A DNA stretch of 64,000 bases from Lepidodermella squamata (GCA_047495785.1 JBLDXI010000015.1:4712001-4776000), one strand, 5' to 3'. Shown: positions 34,567 through 48,127, counted from the first letter of the stretch. The notes: generated by a model from the letters alone, not told the origin. Numbers and translations are program-made.

Positions 34567-37539
34567 TCAGGAATTTTTCTGGGAATCCGCGGGTGCAACT
34601 GCGCCAATGCGGGGTGGGACGGCAGGGGGTACCGTTGTTCGACTCGGCGGAGTGGGAGGTTGATTTTGATCGACTTCCGGCTTGCTGTCGGTCGAAATTT
34701 CGGGCGAAGATTGCGATTGTGGCGGCTCTTCACTGCTGGGGAAAAGTTCGGTGAATTTCGCCTCGAACGGAACGTCCATATTCGCGTTGCCGGGCCAGTC
34801 GTCACCGCCGCTAGCGACTTTTTCACTCGCGCCTGGCCATTCGCTGCCAGAAACCGCTGAGAAGTCGGCGAAAGGAGAGAAATTGCTGGATTCATCCACG
34901 TCAGAACTCGACCGGCTCGCATCTGAGCCGTCGTCCTCATCTTCTTCCATCCGCTCGAGCCCGCTGCGGTTTTTCGGCGAAGTTGAGCAAGGCGGCTGTT
35001 CGGGCGTGCTGCTAGTAAACGGATTCCACTCTGACTCTTTCACCTCGCCAACATTGCCCTGCGAGTCCTCGAACATGTGCTTCACCGGCGCGTGTTTCGC
35101 AGTTTCGAAGCTGCCCTGCTGCACCTCGGTGTCACACCACAAATTGTCGTCGTCTTCGTTATCACTGTCATCGCTCACCGGTTGCGGTTTAGCGATCGGC
35201 GCTGTCGACGACAACTTCACGCGCTCTTCGCAGGCGGTTTCAAACGCAAGCTCGTGATCGTTCATCTCTGTATCACTGTCCTCATCACTCGAGTCCATCT
35301 TGCCCCGTTGGTCGCGAGGTAGAACCGACTTGGGCACGCGAGGCAGAGGAGGTAAATTGCCGAGGACTGATTTTTGAGGGTCCAATTCAAGGCCAGTCAG
35401 AGCATTGTTAAACGAACCCAAAGGCCGCGCACTCAGGTCTTGTTTTTGGTACTCGGTCTGCATTTGCCGAAGGACGTTGTCGATACTAAATTGCTCATTA
35501 TCACCGTGCCTATCATTGTCATCCATGTCGTCATCGTCTTCGTCGTCCTCCTCAGATACGCCTTGCCGCGTATTCCGACCTAAGCCAATCCGCAGCCGTT
35601 GGCCATTGATCGAACTGACCACGCCGCCGGCCATCATCATCATGATAGCCGAGGTCGAAGATGAGTTGATCGAAGAAGTGACCGCTGATAACCGATCAGG
35701 CTTGTTGCGCTCATTGACGCCAGCTAGCGTATCACTTTCGAATTTCCGCCACTCCTCGAGGCATTCGGGTGAAACATGTTTCGCTACCTCACTCTTCTGA
35801 TTTTCGAGGGCACGAGAGAAGTGATTAGCCATGAGCAAAACCTGTCCAGTATTTCCTGGGCATCTATTACCCTGCTTATCTTTGTCGTGAAAGGAGTCGA
35901 GAAGCAAACGTACAAAATTGCAGTCAACGAGCAATTTTTTCAGTAGTGGCTTGTCTACGCCCGTTGTAGACAGAATTGTAGAAGATATGCGCTCGACCGA
36001 GTTGTGCATCAAGCTATTCCATCGATAACGGATAAAAACCTTGAAAATCGACTGCAACACGTCGTTATCTGCGACAGCCGCGTCGATTTTTGGATCTCGC
36101 TGCTCGACAAGTAGCTGCAGGGTTTCAATAATGCGTAAACGAAGTCTACCAAGGGGCGGAATCTCCTCAACACATTCAGAGCCAACGGTAGAGGATAGGC
36201 ATAGGCGAGAGGACGGATATTGAGGTGGGGCGTTGTCGATCAGTGCACGCAACTGGGTCAGCATCTGATCGAGCAACGGCCCCACCTCAATATCCGTCCT
36301 CTCGGGCCTATGGCCTATCGGCTCTACCGATGGCTCTGAATGTGTCGTATTGGACAAAGGTGCGTGACCCGAATGCATTGAATCAGAGGCGTTCACAGAA
36401 TCGATATTATCGAAGTCATCCATGGCATTCATCGAACAAGAAGCACCTTTATCAGCGCGGTCGTATCCCGAATAATCTTGACTCAATATAGTGTTTAATA
36501 TTCCGAAACCGTGGTATAACACGAATTCTGGAACAGTAGTCGACGAATTTGACGGAAACATTACTGAAAACAATGATTCAATCGACTTTTCATTCAAGAA
36601 AGCATTCGCGAGGGGAGAAGGTGCTGAGCGAATAATTTCGCTTACAAACTGAGCAGCATTTGTCGCTGAATCCTTTGATCTGAAAATTTATGGATTTAAC
36701 AAGTGCGTCAGCAAATACAATCATCTCCTTACATGTCTGAAACCGATTTTGGCGACAAAGCGTTAATCAATACATTAGGCAATCCAGCCTCAACAAGAGG
36801 CTGTAGAAATCCGCTGGAGCATGGCAATCCGGAGTCCACGTCCTCCACAGGTGACGCGAATTGAAGAAGCAAATCAACAAGGCAAGGGAGATGCAAACTT
36901 GAAGCGAAAATTTCAACCATGTCAGCAGACCGTTTCTCCATAAAATCGTAAAGCTAAGAAAAATCAGATTATCATCAAAGTTTCCAGCGCGATATATATC
37001 AACTCACCACTTTTGTTTTCATTTTAAACAAATGTTGGATCAGCTTCACACAAAAACTGGCCTGCAAAGGGGTTGCTTGATGGGCACGATAGTCAATAAA
37101 GGCAAATATTCGTGTTATGTAGTCTTCCGAAGCCGCTAGCTTCGAAGTAAGCTCGGGAATTTCGCATGTCATCACTTCACACGCTCGAGATGGATACTTG
37201 TACTGAACGGAAACATCTGCCGATGGGTCCGGATCCGTAAGTATGTAACCCAACATTTCACCGAATGTATCGTCTTGGCACAAGCTGATATTAAAGATTA
37301 ATGCAAACTTAGAAATGTAGAAGAGAAGCAAACTCACAAGTCTATCAGCTTCATATTTTGCCCGACACATTGCTGTATTACATCGTCTTCGTCCAGAATG
37401 GCAGTGAGCTGAGGTGTCTGATAAAGACAAAGAGAAATTTAGGATTGAGCATCAAGTTATTCAGCGAATTGTCACTAACATCGGATGCTAAAATTGTGTC
37501 GATCCTCGTAGGCTCGACGATGTTGCTTTGAAAAAACAT
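34567..37539 (-). CDS. Protein phosphatase 6 regulatory subunit (SAPS/PPP6R family), multi-exon
   Basis: MFF...IDTIL...ILDEDDVIQQC...KLID, YKYPSRACEVMT, PPLGRLRLRIIE, RYRWNSLMH, GNTGQVLLMAN; acidic, Ser-rich tail. Confidence 0.88.
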
Positions 37540-38485
37540 AGCCGCTTCCGATAATTGTTATCAAAAACGTTCAAGATCTAAGGACATTAATAATGTATGT
37601 TGAATGAGCTCATGTGCATAAAAAACAAGCCACTTCAAAGAACAGAGTCTGCTAAGCGACTTCAAGAGTGATTTTCCACAATACTGCTAATGATAGAGAT
37701 AATAATAAAATTTCAGAAATATCGCGCATCGCACAATCACGCTCAAATGTCCTCTCCCCTATCGCACATGTTAGAAAGGGCCTCGAAAAATTATTACTTC
37801 AAAGTCCATCGTGGATGGCTTGAGGTGAGCAGAGAATAGAATCGTACCTGAAAAACTCAAGACTTACTAACTTATAAATTTAACTTGAATATAAAGAAAG
37901 TCAGGCCCGTTCCACAAGTAAATGCTTTGTCTGCTTAAAAGAATTCAACTCAGAACTCAAAAGCTACCAAACTAGCTGACGGTACTAGCTGAATGTGGAA
38001 TAAAAACAACTTATTTTCGGCAGAAATAACAACAGACTTATCCTTGAAGCAAAAAGAAAAGAATATAGCTTCAATGTCAAAGAAGGTAACAGCCAGGAGC
38101 CAGGATTTCCTGGGCAAGGCAACATGAAGGAGAGAAAATAGTTTCTGGCTGATTCAACGCGCGCTCGCGGAGAATTTCGCCGATCAAGGTCGCAAAAATT
38201 CCAAAAAGTTGACAACCATCATTTTTATGCTGTAGGTCATTTAGCCTATGGCACGCTGACCGCACGATTTTATTTTGCGAAAATTTGTCAGAATATTATA
38301 TTTTCAAGGTTGAACGAAGGTTGCCGCAAAACGCAAAAAATCGAGAAGCGTCGTGATTTCCATCCGTTTTCTGCTGCTATGCCAAGTTCTGTTTTCTTCT
38401 TAAGATTAGTGGAGGCTCGCCTTGTAACCTGACCCTTTGTTTCCGTCTACCTTAAATTCGAGGCGAGCTTCTGCTGCTTATTCAC

Positions 38486-41400
38486 ATGCGAAGATATCCT
38501 GCAAAGTCGCCTATCAAATTAGACGTCGAGGAAAGAAGGAGGCGAACATGGAATTATTCTGTATCTTCGGGCTTACAAGAGCCTTTCCTTCCCGTCCATA
38601 CAGATTCTCTAAAGTTTGTAAAGAGCATCGAATCAACTGCTAAGGAAAATAATAACGAAGATTTCGCTGTTCTTGCAAGCACTTCGAAACGCGGACGTTT
38701 TTCGATAAATTATAGACAGATCTCTCTCCAAGCCGGTAGTATCGAAAGTTCTCATTGCCTTGGCACATTCAAATTCACGATTCTCGAAGACCCCAGTGGA
38801 ATACTTGACTCGATCGAGAAGAAAAAGTGCGTGTTAAGATTCGATGCTTCTGATCCATCGAGAACGTTAGCCTTGCAAGTATCATCGTCAGGAATTACTG
38901 TGAGCTTGAACTGTCGCCCTGAATGGGTTGATTCGTTTCGATTTGAAGATAAGACATACGACTCGGATGATTTGCTGGTTGACTTGGCTGCCGCTGGCCG
39001 GCTTATTGTTTGCAAAGTATTCTTTTCTGACGCAGTTACTGCTATGGTATCGGTTACACCTGCTGGAATTGATGAAAACTTCTGCTTCGAAGCCGATAGC
39101 GTTCCGGGTAAATCAGAATTAGCTTTTGGATACCTGGTGAGATATTTTCACGGGTTTTCACCGCTACTTGGTAAGGCAATTTCCTTCAGTGATTTCATGC
39201 ATTGATTTTGAAATTCTATCGCAGATAATAATGTTCTGGCACAGAACTTTGACTCAGTATCTGATTGGCTGAAGCTGTTTGGACTTGTGAAAGCTAAAAT
39301 ATCTAACTCGAATTTCTGCAGCGATGATTATTTGGGCGATCTATTTGATAAACTGAAAGCTTCGCCCCTTCGAGCAGAGCTCCGTCATTACCAGCTAAGC
39401 GCTGTTCGCTGGCTCTTGTCTCGAGAAGAATCTATGGCTTCACATTCGGTTTTCGACTTCGCGATTGAGCGAATGTTCACTATATTGTCTTTGAGAGCAG
39501 GATCTGGCTGCTTTTATAATCGAATTTCATGCAGGTTAGCTGATTTTCTGTGTTGGGTGCTTGAATTATTGATTGTAATATAGGCTTTGTGCTCAGCTTC
39601 CAACCAGCTTCACCCTACCGTCTGGCGGAATTCTCGCGGACGAGATGGGTTTAGGGAAAACGGTTGAAGTTTTGGCATTGGTGCTGATGAATCCTTGCAA
39701 TATTGGCGACACTGCTGAGCCCTCTGCCACTCGAATGGAAACTTGCGTTGCAACAAAATCTAGCCACTTTTCTTGTATTTGCGGTGATATGCTGAACCAG
39801 TTGCCACTCATAAATTGTAGCGATTGCAACTCTACACAACACAGTAAATGTGTTGGATGGGGCGATAACAATTCATCCCAAATTTACCGGTGTCCATACT
39901 GTATTCTGAACTACGAAGTTATAAATTCAAGAGCTACACTTGTTGTGACGCCGTCTGTTATTTGTGCTCAATGGGCTGACGAGATCGAAAGACATGTGGA
40001 CTCATCAGCAAGCACGTTTAAAGTATACACCTACCATGGTTAGACACTACTTTACCGTCAAAATATATTGCAAATGCAATCCTATTTCCAGGCATTAAAA
40101 TGTCCGGAACTTATGTTCAACCCTCAGTGCTGGCAGATAACGATATCGTCCTTGTGACTTACGAAACTCTTCGCAGCGAACTTGCCAACGCAAATCTTCA
40201 ATTCGATGATAGGAGCTCTTCCCTGAGAACATCGAAGCGCTTCATGGCTGTTCCAAGTCCTCTGCCGGCTATTAGGTGCGCTGAATCAAAGAATAACAGC
40301 TTCGGTAATTAATTACTGTTTCAATTTATTTTAGGTGGTGGCGACTTTGTCTTGATGAAGCACAAATGGTTGAGTCTGCTAACCAGGCGGCTCAAATGGT
40401 TTGTCGTATGCAAGCAGTTCATCGATGGTGCATAACTGGGACGCCTATCAGCCATTCTATCAACGATCTGTTCGGGCTGCTAGTGTTCCTGAGATATCCT
40501 ATCTTTTCAAATCAATTTTACTGGAACCAGTTGGTCGCTAAGCCATATTTCAATGGCAATGTGAACCCGCTTGTCAATGTTCTCTCGACCGTTTTCTGGC
40601 GGACAGCCAAGCACAGTGTTTTGGATCAAATCGGTGTACCTCCGATCAGTGAATCCATTCAATACCTAACGTTTTCGCCTGTCGAGGAGCATTTATATCG
40701 CCATCGTTACAACGCCAATGCACTGACGAACACTGTTTCGGAATTATCGTTGTACGAACGAACTATTCTAATTAGACACATTGATCGGCGTGTTGTTGAT
40801 CGTTTCTTGGACCCTCTAACACCCCTTCGGCGAGCATGCTCAGACGTTGGCAAGAAAACTCGTTTAGGACCTCGCGGTAACGAGTTGAAAGTCACAAATG
40901 CCGCAACTATGGATCAGGTTTTGAAAGATGTAAGTTACCCTAAAATTGCTGTACGTACCAAAATACCTGGAGGGTTTGTATTGTTTAGCTGCTCAAAAAA
41001 GCCGTAACTACTTGCATTGACTACAACCGACAACACGTAATGTTTCTTAATGGCCTAGCCGGTCTGCATTTCTTACGGAACGAGTTGGGAAAAGCGGCGT
41101 CGTTTTACCGCCAAGTTCTATGGGCAGCGCGAGACAATGCGGCGATTTGTGAGACTGATCGCCTTCAACTCATCCACGCTGCCCATAACTTGTACGAAGT
41201 TATCCAAACGGCTAAAGCTGTCGGTGATTCCAGCGTAGATTTAGCTCCAAGTGACGATGATTTGCCACAGAAAGAGCGAGAAATCACAGCCGTTTTTGTT
41301 GGTAAAAGGCAAGCAAAAGTGGATGAAAATCGCGAAGCACTTCACACTGCTCAGAATGCGATTAACAAGCTCGACACTGAGCTCTACGAAGACTGGTGGG

Positions 41401-43160
41401 CGGAAGTTTGCGAGCGCCTGTTGACCCGGTTAACCGATGAAGAGCTGGTTGATTTTTTCATGCGACTGCAGAATAACTTGCAGGAAACGTGTGCGAGTTC
41501 ACAAAATCTCGCTAGTCACCTGAAAAGTGTTCATGCACTCATGCTATCAGTGAATCAGCGCCTGCAATCGTTGGCTAATTTGCGAAAGAATTGGGCTGAT
41601 GCAGTATTAAGGCAGCTGCTGAAAACGCCGCCAAGTGACCTCTCCCAACAATTATCGGAATGCTCGTGTACTCAAATGGCCGTGCAAATTACGAAGGATA
41701 AATCGAGCCAATCGACAAAGCAAGGAAATTGTGCGTTCTGCAAAGCTATGAAAAGCTGTGTTGAGTACGAAAAAGTGCTATTTAGCGCTCGTAAAAAGCC
41801 TTCTTATGAAGAAAATGACTCGAACAATGACATTTGGGCTTGGTCTGACTCGGAAACAGAACGAGCTCTCAAATTTCTGCTGAGTTTCGCTAAAAGAAAT
41901 TCCCGTAAGTTTGCGAGCGTCCCGAATGGCACCGACACGAACGAACTGTTTGCATTTGGCGATAAGCACATTGAAAGATTTCATGCACTGAAAACAGAAT
42001 TCCGGCATCTTCGCGAGCTTTGGATGGCGTTCAAAAATCGCGTTGGCGCTGAAATCGAACTCAGCATGGCGGCTGATCGCCTAAAGCTGGTCGACTTGAA
42101 CTTGAAAGACCAACTCGGCCATGGATACGTGACCGCCGGTGAAATCCCGCACTTGATTGAATCGCATGCTCGAGACGCAGAAATCGCCAAGTCAAACTTC
42201 GAACGGGCGTGTGGTCAGCTACGCTATCTAAGGTCGTTGGAGAAAACCGTCGAGAATACGAACGCCACTTCTAATGAGGAAAATTGCCCAATATGTATGT
42301 CCAAGTTGGGCTTGTCGTGGGCTGTGTTGCCCTGTGCTCATTGTGTTTGCCTCGAATGCGTCATCACCTTGCGAAGGATGGTTCTAGCGAACCGGCGTCT
42401 GCCTTGTCCAGTCTGCCGTTTCACCATGGAAGAGCACGAGTTGGCTTACGTATCACTGCGCCCGGTCGATGAAATCTACCCGGAGGATAAAGTTGAAATC
42501 CTGGGAAATTACTCGACGAAAATCATGGCTGTCGTTAAAATTATTAAAGTCGTCTTGCTACGCGATCCAACTGCGAAGTTTCTTGTTTTCAGTTCTTGGC
42601 TCGAGGTTCTGTCTAGTTTGGTTCATGTTTTAACGGAAAATGGCGTGTCATCTCTCGTTCTTCAGAAATCAGGAGCGCGGCGAGTGAAAAATTCAAAGCA
42701 AAACGGCGATACGATTCGTGATAAATTTACGTCTACCATTCGTCGTTTTCGTGTTCCTGGTAGTGATGAAGGCACTATTTCCACCCTTCTTCTGCCCTAT
42801 TCTTGCGGCGCTAATGGGTTGAATTTAACTGAGGCCAATCATGTGATTCTTGTTGATCCATGTCTAACTCACTCCATGGATTCGCAGGCGATAGCTCGTG
42901 TATATCGAATCGGGCAAAAGCGGCCTACAACAGTTCATCGGCTGTTCGTGCGATCGACGATAGAGGAACGCATTTACCAAGTTTTATTGAAAAAGAGCAA
43001 ACATCACCACGAGCACCACGAACTCGATGACCCGACGGATGAAATCGACGAAATCGATGAGGAGGACTTCTTAGAAGATGCAGTCGTCGGAGATTTGCTG
43101 GATCTTTATCGATCTGAGCTTGACCATGGGTCAAAAAATAACCCGATTCCAATTTCGTAG
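38486..43160 (+). CDS. SHPRH: SNF2 histone-linker PHD RING helicase (E3 ligase), multi-exon; start codon uncertain
   Basis: LRHYQ, GGILADEMGLGKTVEVLAL, PHD finger, WWRLCLDEAQMVE, RWCITGTPI, RING CPIC...PCAHCVC...CPVCR, GANGLNLTEANHV, QAIARVYRIGQ. Confidence 0.93.
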
Positions 43161-43256
43161 TTTTTAAGATTTTACTTCCAGTTTTTTGTTACAATGGTCA
43201 TGCAATACAGCGTCAAATTTTCATTTTTATTTTCCAAGTAGATTATTACTGTAAGG

Positions 43257-43877
43257 ATGGCTTCTAATTGCTCATTGTTGGCTAGATTCATTCGCGTCCC
43301 ATTTTTACGACGAGCTTTCCTTTCTACCTCTTTCAACGAGAATGGTTCAAGTGAATTCAAACTACCGCCCTCCTTTCAAAGCGCGTCATCACTACGCCAC
43401 AGTTCCAGTGACAAATCCGTGCCTGACAGGAAAAATTTGCCTGAATTTTCCGGATTTGTTCCTGTCGATCGGTTGGACATTCGATATTCTCGCTCCAGTG
43501 GCCCGGGTGGTCAACACGTCAATCGAACGAATAGCAAGGTGGAAATACGTTTCAATGTTCAGCAGGCCGATTGGCTGCCGCAGTGGATTCGCGAGCGTCT
43601 CTCCGTTCGTGAAGCAACGAGATTAACTACAGACGGCTGCATCATAGTCACGTCGGACAAAACGCGGAAACAAATGCTGAACCAAGCAGATTGTATTGAT
43701 AAAATCCGGCGCATGATTGTCGAGGCGTCTCGTTTGCCCAAGGAACCGACCCCCGAGGAGATTGCCTTGAGGGAGCGCCGGCTTCGACAGGCCGAAGCGC
43801 GTCGCATTGCTGACCGTCGCCATCACTCGCAGATCAAACAGGGCCGGCAAGCTCCGTCGGCTACTGATAGTTTTTAA
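43257..43877 (+). CDS. MRPL58: Mitochondrial peptidyl-tRNA hydrolase ICT1/mL62, intronless
   Basis: Mitochondrial-presequence-like N-terminus, YSRSSGPGGQHVNRTNSKVEIRF, TRKQMLNQADC, basic tail. Confidence 0.92.
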   Translation: MASNCSLLARFIRVPFLRRAFLSTSFNENGSSEFKLPPSFQSASSLRHSSSDKSVPDRKNLPEFSGFVPVDRLDIRYSRSSGPGGQHVNRTNSKVEIRFNVQQADWLPQWIRERLSVREATRLTTDGCIIVTSDKTRKQMLNQADCIDKIRRMIVEASRLPKEPTPEEIALRERRLRQAEARRIADRRHHSQIKQGRQAPSATDSF

Positions 43878-44035
43878 AATAGTAATCTTTCTTAAATTTG
43901 TTTTGTTCTTCCCTGAGGAGCGACCTGCTGTGGGCAAATATAACTTGGCAATAGTCAATCCTGTGCTTTGTATTTAATAGGCGTTAATTTAAAACTTTTA
44001 TAACGAGAGGGTTCTGATACGCTTTTCCGGCGTAG

Positions 44036-44627
44036 ATGACTAAATCGACTCATAAACCAGTTGTAAGTTTCAATATCATCATAATAAAAATTGTTTATTA
44101 ATGTGAAATTTTGCTCTAGTTGGCATCGTTCCCATTGGAAATTTTGGTATATCTAAACCGGTGGTACGTCGGATTTTACGTCGTCTGTCTTTGGCTAATA
44201 TACATCTATAAAGGTAATTTACAGCGCACATTCATTGTTACAACATTAATTCTTACTTTTTTAGCTGAAATTCTACCCTATCCGACCGGAGTGTTTGGCG
44301 CTGAGATTTTTATGACCTTCTTGCTGATAGCCTGTGAATATTTTCGAACCTTTTTCGGTAAGATTTCCATGGTTTTCATAACTTTCGTATATATCGATTT
44401 TTACTATAGTGACCAAAGGAAATTTGCGTGAATCGGCGAAAATTGTGATATTGTCTATCGTCTTCAGCATTCCATCAATTTTTCTATCGATATACTTTTT
44501 GTATTGGCAAACCTACGTGTTGCGACTCGATTTGATCCTCTCAGCAATCGAACTCGGTTTCATTGGTCTTTGCATTATTCTATCGATTGTTTCACTCGTC
44601 AGATTTGCTCAAGCGGCCTCACTATAA
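44036..44627 (+). CDS. TMEM216: Ciliary transition-zone protein TMEM216 (TMEM17/80/216 family), 4 exons
   Basis: LASFPLEILVYLNRWY, YK..ILPYP, FFGTKGNL, YFLYWQTYVLRLD; introns about 44063-44119, 44214-44263 and 44358-44409. Confidence 0.82.
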
Positions 44628-44628
44628 C

Positions 44629-46404
44629 ATGGATGTTGTCATGCCGAACTCACCCCTGGACGTGCACCTGCGGAGGCACGGAGAGGAAGGTCCAAATTTG
44701 GACGACCTACTTAATCAAAATGTTGAATTAACCCCGGAAAAGCACTCTTTCATGCGTGCATCGAAACTCAACGTGTTGTGGAAATGGTTTGGTGTGAGAA
44801 AGCACTTTCGATTATCGACCCCCCTATGTCTGACGGACCATTTCTTCGCGTCAAAAATGCTGTCCTTTTGTTCATTGCACGATATTATTTGTGAAGAAGA
44901 GGAATCTCAACTTCGCGAATCACTTGTTACGGTTGATCGAAAAGTCTTGGCGATATTCGGTTTCGTTGTCGCTATTCTGTTTTTGTTATTTCCGTTTATA
45001 ACCATAACCGCCTTAACAATTTGCTTCCTTGCATCGCTGCCCTTTTCGCTGAATTGCCTTCTATATTCGATGTTTCTCGGGCCTCAAATTGTTGCGCTGA
45101 CAAAGTCGATGCGCAAGTGCACCAATCTGTTAGCGGAAATTCACGTCGTCCACCTTGGTTTTGTATTTGCGAGTCGTTGCCGGCCCACCACCGACCTGCT
45201 AGACCGCTTGGGTTCAGAACGGACTAATGAAGTCGTTTCGCATCTGCAAACGCGTCTTGACGAGAGCATGTCCGAAGTTCGATCGGTTATCAATTCATTT
45301 TTCAGTGATAGCGGACCGTTGCCCCAAGACGTGGCGGTGCGACGCTTGATAGCCAATCGTAAAGCTGTTGAAAATCCTGAAATTCTCGAGACATCTTCGT
45401 CGAAAACCGTAAAAATGCGGAAATACCTTTCACTTACCTCTGGGCATTTATTCGACTTGGCCGTTGCATTCGTTCGAGCTGTATTCAAACTTTCGAGCAT
45501 GAAAGATCGAATTCGCCTCTTCACATCCGGATACTCAATTTATAGGAGGTTTCGTCAAATAACGGCAATGCTGGACTCAACCTGCGAAGGCGCAGCTTGT
45601 GCCGATTTGAACAACAGTTTTCGAAGCATTGAACAATTCTCGAAGTTTGCAGGAAAGATGAAAGAAGCTCCATTCCATGCTGCTAGTTTGCCTCGTGAGC
45701 ATCTTCAAAATTTCGTTTACCACCTGACAGAATTGAACCGAAAGGTTGCCTCCGACTTGGATAATGTAATTTCAGCGTGTGAGAATCCTTCAGAAGAACC
45801 CCCAGCAGCTCTGGATGAAATGATTAATCGACTGGAGGCTTGTACCAATCTTCTCAGTGTTACTAAATCTCTCTTCAAGGTGGAACAGTCTGAAGAAAAG
45901 CGCGATATTGCCCCGCAAAATCAGTCAGAATCTATTCCTGAACAGAAAATTGTGGATGAGATTGAGGAGAATTCTGACGAACTGCAGTTGTTCTTCGCTG
46001 ATACGGCGGATGATGTAGATGAGGAGCAATTCAAGCAAAAAGATCGATCGAATGGGCAAGAATTTGAGAAAACCTCCTCGCTTCATTTCTTGAATGAATT
46101 GAGGACAGTATTGAGTGAGCGAACCAAGGCCACGGAGGCTAAAGAGCGTGAAATTCTCAATAAACGCGGCATTGATCTGGACTCTTTACTAGCCGATCTC
46201 GCCGAGAAAAATGTGGAATCTAGTAAAAACGATCGAGTGAATCGACAACCGATAATTTTGGATGAAGAAACTCGGCAGGAGAGAAAAGCCTTGATGGCTG
46301 ATTTCAGCTCTCAAATTTTGCGCAATCGATTTGGCCAACGGAATGATGTGGAAGAATTTGTCATTTGTGATAGTAGCAGCAGCGGCGAGTCCGAAGCCGA
46401 TTAA
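44629..46404 (+). CDS. VEZT: Vezatin-like protein, intronless
   Basis: N-terminal MDVVMPNSPLDVHL..G motif, hydrophobic hairpin, MRKCTNLLAEIHVVHLGF, late FLNELRTVL and acidic EEF tail match vezatin architecture as I recall it. Confidence 0.7.
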   Translation: MDVVMPNSPLDVHLRRHGEEGPNLDDLLNQNVELTPEKHSFMRASKLNVLWKWFGVRKHFRLSTPLCLTDHFFASKMLSFCSLHDIICEEEESQLRESLVTVDRKVLAIFGFVVAILFLLFPFITITALTICFLASLPFSLNCLLYSMFLGPQIVALTKSMRKCTNLLAEIHVVHLGFVFASRCRPTTDLLDRLGSERTNEVVSHLQTRLDESMSEVRSVINSFFSDSGPLPQDVAVRRLIANRKAVENPEILETSSSKTVKMRKYLSLTSGHLFDLAVAFVRAVFKLSSMKDRIRLFTSGYSIYRRFRQITAMLDSTCEGAACADLNNSFRSIEQFSKFAGKMKEAPFHAASLPREHLQNFVYHLTELNRKVASDLDNVISACENPSEEPPAALDEMINRLEACTNLLSVTKSLFKVEQSEEKRDIAPQNQSESIPEQKIVDEIEENSDELQLFFADTADDVDEEQFKQKDRSNGQEFEKTSSLHFLNELRTVLSERTKATEAKEREILNKRGIDLDSLLADLAEKNVESSKNDRVNRQPIILDEETRQERKALMADFSSQILRNRFGQRNDVEEFVICDSSSSGESEAD

Positions 46405-48127
46405 TGCGCGGCAAAAATATAAGCACCTGCACTGTGTCTAACATTAATTTTTTCTTGTCAGTTTTGCAAAGTGTGATCCAGTATCCAGTTATTATTGTTG
46501 AATAAATTTATAACGTGATCACTTTAATGATTGAATCATTTTATTACTGGAGCGTGTCCAATGATTCTCAATTTTCTGCATTTTGAATGCCTCAAATAAA
46601 TATGCTGATGAAAAATGATGCGTTTTTTATTATTGCTGGAAAAAGAGGGTAAACAGGTGTTGCAAGGCGATTTCAGACACGAGACACATTTTAATCAGCA
46701 ATATTCGGCTGTTCCTGCGCAGAGGATTTTTTATGACTAGAACACCACCTGTTACTTGAGGCGGAAAAAGTGAGCCTTTCTACGGACATCGACGACGAGC
46801 CTGGTAATAAAAAAACGCTCTATGACTGGTTCCAAGTCGTGTTCTGCTTTATTACCGAGAGCAAATAATATAATTCCCGTAGTGACAATGACGCATGGCT
46901 AATTTGGCATGCGAGTGCGTAAAAGCGAATCATCTCATCACTCCACCTGTTATTATTAACATTTTTATTGCCTTATCCTTCTTCAAATGAAATCGTTGGT
47001 ATTTATTATTATTAGTATTATTCATAATCGAGGAATGGTGGTTGGAAACAGTGCACTCCCTGCGAAGGCGGTTTTCCTAGGCAGAGATAACGGCTCGTAT
47101 ATAGAGTGAGCAGTCGCATCCGCCCACTCACACCGAGACCACAACCAGCTTCACTTCATTTTCTCGCCAGCAACAAGATCCGCAATTTCTAGCCTTGATT
47201 ATTTGTTTGTCACCGCCACACCTAGAGCGCGATTTTAGCCTACTTGCTAATGTGGCACATTGCCGCTTGTTTGTACCTGATGCTTGACGTACTCTGAATC
47301 GCGACTTGTTATTATTGTTCACTTCAGATTCGCCTTATCACTTCCTGCAGATTCGCTTCGTAATATTATTATCACGAGGCAATAAATGGGTTCTCATTTC
47401 GCCGTAATATGTAACAGAAAATGGTAATTTCCAAAAATGTATGTGCACCCCGCTCGCTGCATTTTGACGATTTGCAACTCCGGAGTCTCCTGCATCATAG
47501 TGTTATTACAGCCAATATGGGAAACAACGACCGGGCGCGACGGTGTTGCGTAGGTGCGGCCTAGTTGACGAGATAAGGCACCAATGTGTGCGGCGATTTC
47601 TTATTAGCTGGTCGGAAATATGCACGGCTCAAGATAAGCGCCAGAAAACGTCAACGACTACATTATGATTGTGTTAAGGTGCGCGTGGTTTCGCTGATAC
47701 GCCGCATTGACTGGCAAATATTTGGGCCATTGCTCAAAGTCACTCACTATCGCCGTATCAGCAACAAAAATGGCCTCGCTGTGAATCACAAACAGTTTAA
47801 AATAATGCATGCTATAGCATTAGCTGATAGAAAAGTAGGCATCCAAAGCAGAACAATAATAACAAGTGCTCTGGAATATAAAAAACCATTGATATCGCTT
47901 AGCGATAATCCTTACTACACTTCTCTTAGACGGCAGCAACTTATCAGTAAATTTTCTTCCAAAGATTATTGCAGCCACTTGTTCTGTAGTGTATTACTCT
48001 TGTTTTCATTTCGTCAGCTTTCCCACCTCATTCCACCCTGCACCGGCACCTTGTGTAATAAACAAACTTGGTTCTTTTTTTTCTATAGGCATCTTAAAAC
48101 AGGAACAAGTAACTGCAGCCAATCACC

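Noticed and set aside
34554-36491. Long antisense and alternate-frame ORFs over PPP6R (similar ones overlie SHPRH and GH65)
   Set aside because: Shadow ORFs expected in GC-richer coding exons.
46405-48120. ORF 47586-48137 (183 aa) and neighbours
   Set aside because: Non-ATG start, no domain similarity, and it overlaps the 5' UTR and introns of the GH65 gene.
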